NCBI GenBank assembly: GCA_037379345.1
Contig: CM074512.1
Coordinates: 59,479,597-59,543,596, forward strand
Length of the DNA stretch: 64,000 nt
Reading direction: 5' to 3'
Source: Perna viridis
Lineage: Eukaryota
In this document: piece after piece, positions 63,301 to 64,000 of the stretch
Numbering within the stretch: the stretch's first letter is position 1
Layout of the letters: every line of letters begins with the position of its first letter
The notes under the pieces: generated by a model
Told to the model about the DNA's origin: nothing
Databases searched by the model: none
What the model saw: only the letters and a program-made list of their open reading frames with translations
Program-made: the position numbers and the translations under genes

Positions 63301-63661
63301 TCTGTGATTATATGTGTATTGCATTCAGGTATGTTAAACACACAATAAATGTATCTGTTTGTTTCCAGAATTACAAAAAAATGTTAATTTAAGCTTAATA
63401 TAAAGATGTTTCTTGGGTTTTTGTGCTTTTAAAACGCTTCCCAGATTTTGTATCTTTTCACAATTCAAATTTATTTACTTACATTAAAGTAGAAAAAAAT
63501 TCAATGGTTGAAAAAAAATTATGGTAAAAAGAACATACTTGTATTTTATCCCAGTGCCTTTTCCTTAATGCCCCATTTTTCAGATTATTGACAAGTGGCA
63601 TGGTACGTTTAAACTGATCCACTCTATTCTTACTGGTCTCTACAACTTCCCAGTTCCTGTC
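166..63661 (-). CDS. DNAH2: Axonemal dynein heavy chain, DNAH2-like; partial gene of 52 exons, both ends outside the window
   Basis: 52 exons with AG/GT boundaries (one GC donor) join in phase without stops (3027 codons). Motifs: AAA1 GPAGTGKT / CFDEFNR / [10 protein letters not shown]2 [11 protein letters not shown]3 [11 protein letters not shown]4 [16 protein letters not shown]5 [14 protein letters not shown]6 SLGQGQ / NCHL. Peptides such as [36 protein letters not shown] and [20 protein letters not shown] match my recollection of DNAH2. Confidence 0.93.
1195..1498. repeat. MITE-like element with five 33-bp internal tandem units; reverse-oriented relative at ~29340-29510
   Basis: aaaacctgtctaaacc recurs at ~1232, 1265, 1298, 1330 and 1363; ends in ttagacaggt...tgta. 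Confidence 0.7.
1555..1704 (-). CDS. DNAH2: DNAH2-like exon 51
   Basis: AG/GT; IERYNILM...KGIKGLIVM...GRVPPMWLK. Confidence 0.92.
2792..2908 (-). CDS. DNAH2: DNAH2-like exon 50
   Basis: AG/GT; [13 protein letters not shown]...PINTVLLQE. Confidence 0.91.
3501..4169. mobile_element. ~670-bp non-autonomous DNA transposon (pogo/Tigger-like termini)
   Basis: TA-cagtcaaacctc...gaggttcaactg imperfect TIRs. Confidence 0.6.
4303..4528 (-). CDS. DNAH2: DNAH2-like exon 49
   Basis: AG/GT; [18 protein letters not shown]. Confidence 0.92.
4823..5007 (-). CDS. DNAH2: DNAH2-like exon 48
   Basis: AG/GT; [14 protein letters not shown]. Confidence 0.93.
6024..6236. mobile_element. 213-bp MITE, TTAA-flanked with GG..CC termini (Kolobok-like)
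   Basis: TIR gg(a/t)ggtagacct...aggtctacctcc; colinear second copy at 53673-53885. Confidence 0.8.
6263..6454 (-). CDS. DNAH2: DNAH2-like exon 47
   Basis: AG/GT; GLKANL...[22 protein letters not shown]. Confidence 0.94.
7030..7236. mobile_element. ~207-bp MITE (TA TSD), same family as 41164-41369
   Basis: TA-ctgtgaaagta...tactttcacag-TA TIRs; colinear with 41164-41369. Confidence 0.88.
7494..7691 (-). CDS. DNAH2: DNAH2-like exon 46 (AAA6)
   Basis: AG/GT; [17 protein letters not shown]...FRLWLSS...KMTTEPPK. Confidence 0.94.
7956..8081 (-). CDS. DNAH2: DNAH2-like exon 45 (AAA6)
   Basis: AG/GT; DPT...[19 protein letters not shown]. Confidence 0.93.
8177..8275. repeat. 50-bp near-perfect tandem duplication
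   Basis: tacatgaaggaacacctgtatatctttgacagggatgtaatctaactta at 8177 and 8227. Confidence 0.9.
8723..8928 (-). CDS. DNAH2: DNAH2-like exon 44
   Basis: AG/GT; [24 protein letters not shown]...[11 protein letters not shown]. Confidence 0.93.
11522..12122 (-). repeat. 43-bp x14 tandem array of the exon-43 3' end plus splice donor
   Basis: Unit tactcttctgctgaaccagagacatctccactgccag|gtaata; the first unit is coding ([12 protein letters not shown]). Confidence 0.95.
12085..12271 (-). CDS. DNAH2: DNAH2-like exon 43
   Basis: AG/GT; [21 protein letters not shown]...[13 protein letters not shown]. Confidence 0.92.
12630..12756 (-). CDS. DNAH2: DNAH2-like exon 42
   Basis: AG/GT; [17 protein letters not shown]...[10 protein letters not shown]. 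Confidence 0.92.
13904..14103 (-). CDS. DNAH2: DNAH2-like exon 41
   Basis: AG/GT; [30 protein letters not shown]. Confidence 0.93.
15492..15636 (-). CDS. DNAH2: DNAH2-like exon 40
   Basis: AG/GT; [23 protein letters not shown]...IDAARE. Confidence 0.92.
16687..16819 (-). CDS. DNAH2: DNAH2-like exon 39 (buttress)
   Basis: AG/GT; [20 protein letters not shown]...EDEIL. Confidence 0.92.
17000..17149 (-). CDS. DNAH2: DNAH2-like exon 38
   Basis: AG/GT; [27 protein letters not shown]. Confidence 0.93.
17838..17988 (-). CDS. DNAH2: DNAH2-like exon 37
   Basis: AG/GT; [20 protein letters not shown]. Confidence 0.91.
18053..18508. repeat. 20-bp minisatellite (~22 units)
   Basis: cctaaccacagccctatgtc and variants. 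Confidence 0.92.
18902..19370. mobile_element. ~470-bp MITE with cagt(a/c)cctgaac TIRs; partial sister copy at ~1890-2286
   Basis: cagtacctgaactaatctgtgcaact vs agttgcatggatcggttcagggactg; internal blocks shared with 1890-2286. Confidence 0.7.
19523..19738 (-). CDS. DNAH2: DNAH2-like exon 36 (AAA5)
   Basis: AG/GT; [16 protein letters not shown]...[20 protein letters not shown]. Confidence 0.94.
19991..20116 (-). CDS. DNAH2: DNAH2-like exon 35
   Basis: AG/GT; [23 protein letters not shown]. Confidence 0.92.
20145..20600 (-). repeat. Degenerate ~90-115-bp array of the exon-34 3' end plus donor
   Basis: Intronic tgaacattttcctcatatcttaccctgtctt aligns to exonic tgaacagtttcctcccatctaaccctttctt; ccagtctgtg and ctctcttaaatct blocks recur. 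Confidence 0.75.
20554..20718 (-). CDS. DNAH2: DNAH2-like exon 34 (CC2)
   Basis: AG/GT; [23 protein letters not shown]. Confidence 0.92.
20930..21219 (-). CDS. DNAH2: DNAH2-like exon 33 (MTBD/CC2)
   Basis: AG/GT; [28 protein letters not shown]. Confidence 0.93.
21245..22125 (+). mobile_element. HINE-like element with a ~172-bp tandem core duplication
   Basis: aacaag start; 21726-21897 is nearly identical to 21898-22060; ggac microsatellite at the end. Confidence 0.6.
22128..22716 (-). repeat. 59-bp x10 tandem array of the exon-32 3' end plus splice donor
   Basis: Unit agtgagccaacgtggtcagaggccaaaaaacagtcag|gtaagtcatgtttctaagatat; the first unit is coding ([12 protein letters not shown]). 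Confidence 0.95.
22679..22820 (-). CDS. DNAH2: DNAH2-like exon 32 (microtubule-binding domain)
   Basis: AG/GT; [47 protein letters not shown]. Confidence 0.93.
23128..23244 (-). CDS. DNAH2: DNAH2-like exon 31 (stalk)
   Basis: AG/GT; [17 protein letters not shown]. Confidence 0.92.
23340..23885 (+). pseudogene. Decayed non-LTR (RTE-like) reverse transcriptase fragment
   Basis: [24 protein letters not shown] (YADD motif), then [16 protein letters not shown] and [11 protein letters not shown] remnants with frameshifts. Confidence 0.75.
24038..24238. mobile_element. Related ~200-bp TA-TSD MITE in opposite orientation
   Basis: TA-ctgtgaa...ttcatag-TA; shares the gtggggtaccaatttt / aaccatgaaatt / ttcaagaatccatgaa blocks in reverse. 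Confidence 0.7.
24638..24848 (-). CDS. DNAH2: DNAH2-like exon 30 (stalk CC1)
   Basis: AG/GT; [16 protein letters not shown]...[11 protein letters not shown]. Confidence 0.92.
25236..25381 (-). CDS. DNAH2: DNAH2-like exon 29
   Basis: AG/GT; [19 protein letters not shown]. Confidence 0.92.
25427..26316 (+). mobile_element. Helentron-associated (HINE/DINE-1-like) non-autonomous element
   Basis: aacaagagg start, subterminal gctcatctgg...ggtgggc inverted motif, internal ~150-bp repeats, gat/gac microsatellite, terminal hairpin followed by taaaaa. Confidence 0.65.
26544..26676 (-). CDS. DNAH2: DNAH2-like exon 28
   Basis: AG/GT; [22 protein letters not shown]. Confidence 0.92.
28343..28482 (-). 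CDS. DNAH2: DNAH2-like exon 27 (GC donor)
   Basis: AG acceptor and AG|GCAAG donor; [22 protein letters not shown]; phase matches exon 28. Confidence 0.88.
30136..30296 (-). CDS. DNAH2: DNAH2-like exon 26
   Basis: AG/GT; [18 protein letters not shown]. Confidence 0.93.
30479..30646 (-). CDS. DNAH2: DNAH2-like exon 25 (AAA4 P-loop)
   Basis: AG/GT; [26 protein letters not shown]. Confidence 0.93.
30824..31874 (-). mobile_element. hAT-like internal-deletion derivative carrying the two last exons of a gene
   Basis: cagtcct...aggactg TIRs, catttg/tatttg 6-bp flanks, multiple tagcccg subterminal motifs, a CpG-rich arm, and a spliceable acidic coding remnant. Confidence 0.7.
32909..33056. repeat. 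28/24-bp alternating minisatellite (~5 units)
   Basis: catcatatactcagtcttcattagac(aaac)a. Confidence 0.88.
33214..33363 (-). CDS. DNAH2: DNAH2-like exon 24
   Basis: AG/GT; GDFL...[12 protein letters not shown]. Confidence 0.92.
34000..34130 (-). CDS. DNAH2: DNAH2-like exon 23
   Basis: AG/GT; RVFSDRLVD...[12 protein letters not shown]. Confidence 0.92.
34715..34800 (-). CDS. DNAH2: DNAH2-like exon 22
   Basis: AG/GT; VFQGMLRAH...RLWIHECF. Confidence 0.92.
35133..35321 (-). CDS. DNAH2: DNAH2-like exon 21
   Basis: AG/GT; [20 protein letters not shown]. Confidence 0.93.
36148..36435. repeat. Interleaved (non-nested) inverted repeats
   Basis: A 36148-36184 / A' 36331-36367; B 36216-36268 / B' 36383-36435; C 36260-36278 / C' 36312-36330. 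Confidence 0.88.
37018..38422 (+). pseudogene. DIRS gag-like ORF1 (frameshifted, with stops)
   Basis: Fragmented ORFs at 37018-37341, 37251-37547, 37571-38173 (...HHTVRRK...[14 protein letters not shown]) and a basic/Ser-Gly tail to 38422, all upstream of RT. Confidence 0.7.
38460..39994 (+). pseudogene. DIRS reverse transcriptase / RNase H (disrupted)
   Basis: [39 protein letters not shown] (degenerate YLDD), [31 protein letters not shown]; stops at 38909-38911 and 39614-39616, plus frameshifts. Confidence 0.9.
39900..40340 (+). pseudogene. DIRS Dam-like adenine methyltransferase domain remnant
   Basis: EWTL...[22 protein letters not shown] (cf. YAFPP), [14 protein letters not shown], at the position where DIRS1 elements carry this domain. 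Confidence 0.75.
40350..41485 (+). pseudogene. DIRS tyrosine recombinase (disrupted; split by a MITE)
   Basis: TIxGYRS-like [30 protein letters not shown]. After removing the MITE the frame continues [29 protein letters not shown], which includes the catalytic Tyr region. Confidence 0.88.
41164..41369. mobile_element. ~206-bp MITE (TA TSD, Tc1/mariner-type) nested in the DIRS YR gene
   Basis: TA-ctgtg...cacag-TA ends; close sister copy at 7030-7236; removal restores the YR reading frame. Confidence 0.9.
41720..41820 (+). repeat. DIRS internal complementary region (ICR)
   Basis: tgacaagtaagtattaataattgaaataaaatt is the reverse complement of the left end; tcaaaatttgtaatcaagtt...tacttacttgtca is the reverse complement of the right end. 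Confidence 0.9.
42828..42932 (-). CDS. DNAH2: DNAH2-like exon 20
   Basis: AG/GT; [31 protein letters not shown]. Confidence 0.93.
43431..43655 (-). CDS. DNAH2: DNAH2-like exon 19 (AAA3 Walker B)
   Basis: AG/GT; [23 protein letters not shown]. Confidence 0.94.
44120..44318 (-). CDS. DNAH2: DNAH2-like exon 18 (AAA3 P-loop)
   Basis: AG/GT; [11 protein letters not shown]...[12 protein letters not shown]. Confidence 0.94.
45325..45734 (-). CDS. DNAH2: DNAH2-like exon 17
   Basis: AG/GT; [34 protein letters not shown]. Confidence 0.93.
46264..46544 (-). CDS. DNAH2: DNAH2-like exon 16 (AAA2)
   Basis: AG/GT; [21 protein letters not shown]...[13 protein letters not shown]. Confidence 0.94.
46854..46971 (-). 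CDS. DNAH2: DNAH2-like exon 15
   Basis: AG/GT; [31 protein letters not shown]. Confidence 0.93.
48018..48236 (-). CDS. DNAH2: DNAH2-like exon 14 (AAA2 P-loop)
   Basis: AG/GT; [15 protein letters not shown]. Confidence 0.93.
48736..48861 (-). CDS. DNAH2: DNAH2-like exon 13
   Basis: AG/GT; [32 protein letters not shown]. Confidence 0.88.
49452..49732 (-). CDS. DNAH2: DNAH2-like exon 12 (AAA1 sensor II)
   Basis: AG/GT; [14 protein letters not shown]...[15 protein letters not shown]. Confidence 0.94.
49684..49865 (-). repeat. 91-bp tandem duplication of the exon-12 splice acceptor and exon start
   Basis: gcctgaaatcatggtagtgcatgtaattagtt at both 49731 and 49822, with the flanking exon sequence also duplicated. 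Confidence 0.93.
50325..50945. repeat. ~30-bp minisatellite (~20 units) with a ~167-bp higher-order duplication
   Basis: ctcaggtagtatgtccaaaagtcacagaat variants; ~50544-50710 is repeated at ~50711-50880. Confidence 0.9.
51643..51823 (-). CDS. DNAH2: DNAH2-like exon 11 (AAA1 Walker B)
   Basis: AG/GT; [25 protein letters not shown]...FITMNP. Confidence 0.95.
52539..52835 (-). CDS. DNAH2: DNAH2-like exon 10 (AAA1 Walker A)
   Basis: AG/GT; [12 protein letters not shown]...[19 protein letters not shown]. Confidence 0.95.
52895..53130. repeat. Degenerate ~45-50-bp tandem repeat (~5 units)
   Basis: gtactaacatcattctgctaatgtcac recurs. Confidence 0.75.
53673..53885. mobile_element. 213-bp MITE, same family as 6024-6236
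   Basis: ggaggtagacct...aggtctacctcc-TTAA; internal sequence colinear with 6024-6236. Confidence 0.8.
53975..54163 (-). CDS. DNAH2: DNAH2-like exon 9
   Basis: AG/GT; [13 protein letters not shown]...[10 protein letters not shown]. Confidence 0.93.
55461..55691 (-). CDS. DNAH2: DNAH2-like exon 8
   Basis: AG/GT; [10 protein letters not shown]...[15 protein letters not shown]. Confidence 0.92.
56895..56987 (-). CDS. DNAH2: DNAH2-like exon 7
   Basis: AG/GT; [31 protein letters not shown]. Confidence 0.88.
57113..57652 (-). mobile_element. Young SINE-like non-autonomous retroposon
   Basis: Perfect 14-bp TSD cataaaggtgtact (57099-57112, 57653-57666), (CAAA)n tail on the minus strand, GC/CpG-rich body. 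Confidence 0.88.
58572..58792 (-). CDS. DNAH2: DNAH2-like exon 6 (linker)
   Basis: AG/GT; [26 protein letters not shown]. Confidence 0.93.
60437..60575 (-). CDS. DNAH2: DNAH2-like exon 5 (linker)
   Basis: AG/GT; [27 protein letters not shown]. Confidence 0.92.
61205..61385 (-). CDS. DNAH2: DNAH2-like exon 4 (linker)
   Basis: AG/GT; [20 protein letters not shown]...VQKQWIYLE. Confidence 0.92.
62321..62403 (-). CDS. DNAH2: DNAH2-like exon 3
   Basis: AG/GT; [27 protein letters not shown]. Confidence 0.88.
63091..63228 (-). CDS. DNAH2: DNAH2-like exon 2
   Basis: AG/GT; [20 protein letters not shown]...[10 protein letters not shown]. Confidence 0.9.
63539..63661 (-). CDS. DNAH2: DNAH2-like exon 1 of window (tail/linker)
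   Basis: AG/GT bounded; [41 protein letters not shown]. Confidence 0.9.
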
Positions 63662-64000
63662 CTAAAAATGAATCTTTCATTCAGACAATGGATAAGGTAG
63701 TTTTGCTCATCAGGGCAAAAAAAACTGAACTTTTTGAAACATTTTCCATAACTTATTGGCCAGTGAAACTCTAGACCAGAAAATTGTATCAATATATTAT
63801 TTAATTTAAATTTGTTAACATTAAAATATATTATGAATTTACAAGACTAACAACTGTTATTTCAGAATGATTGCAAAAAGAGAAAATAATGTTATATGCT
63901 AAGTCATGCTAAGAATACACCCACTTAACCATCTCTGTCAAATTTTGGCATTTAAAAACTTCATGCTTACAAGTCGTATTATGGTAAACAAGAAGTAGAT

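Noticed and set aside
166-63661. Dynein gene as a pseudogene, given the motif substitutions and TE load
   Set aside because: All 52 exons are open, phase-compatible and have valid splice sites, and the key AAA1 catalytic motifs are intact

Overview
AT-rich, CpG-poor animal genomic DNA. The repeat landscape resembles a bivalve mollusc, which is an inference. The window lies entirely inside one minus-strand gene, an axonemal dynein heavy chain of the DNAH2 (inner-arm I1/f beta) type. I traced 52 internal exons by hand (63661 down to 166; 9081 nt, 3027 codons). They join in one uninterrupted frame and cover the linker, AAA1-AAA4, the stalk/MTBD, AAA5, AAA6 and part of the C-terminal domain. Both ends of the gene lie outside the window. 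The introns hold a full-length but decayed DIRS1-type tyrosine-recombinase retrotransposon (36717-42055, antisense, with ITRs, an ICR and a nested MITE), a hAT-like deletion derivative carrying a spliced terminal exon, a TSD-flanked SINE-like retroposon with a structured non-tRNA head, an RTE-like LINE relic, several MITE and Helentron-like families, and minisatellites. The most unusual signal is that four introns carry tandem copies of the gene's own exon/intron junction (43 bp x14, 59 bp x10, ~100 bp degenerate, 91 bp x2). These place decoy splice sites next to the real ones, and one copy has become a complete candidate 40-nt poison exon. The dynein also carries substitutions at several motif positions that are normally near-invariant.
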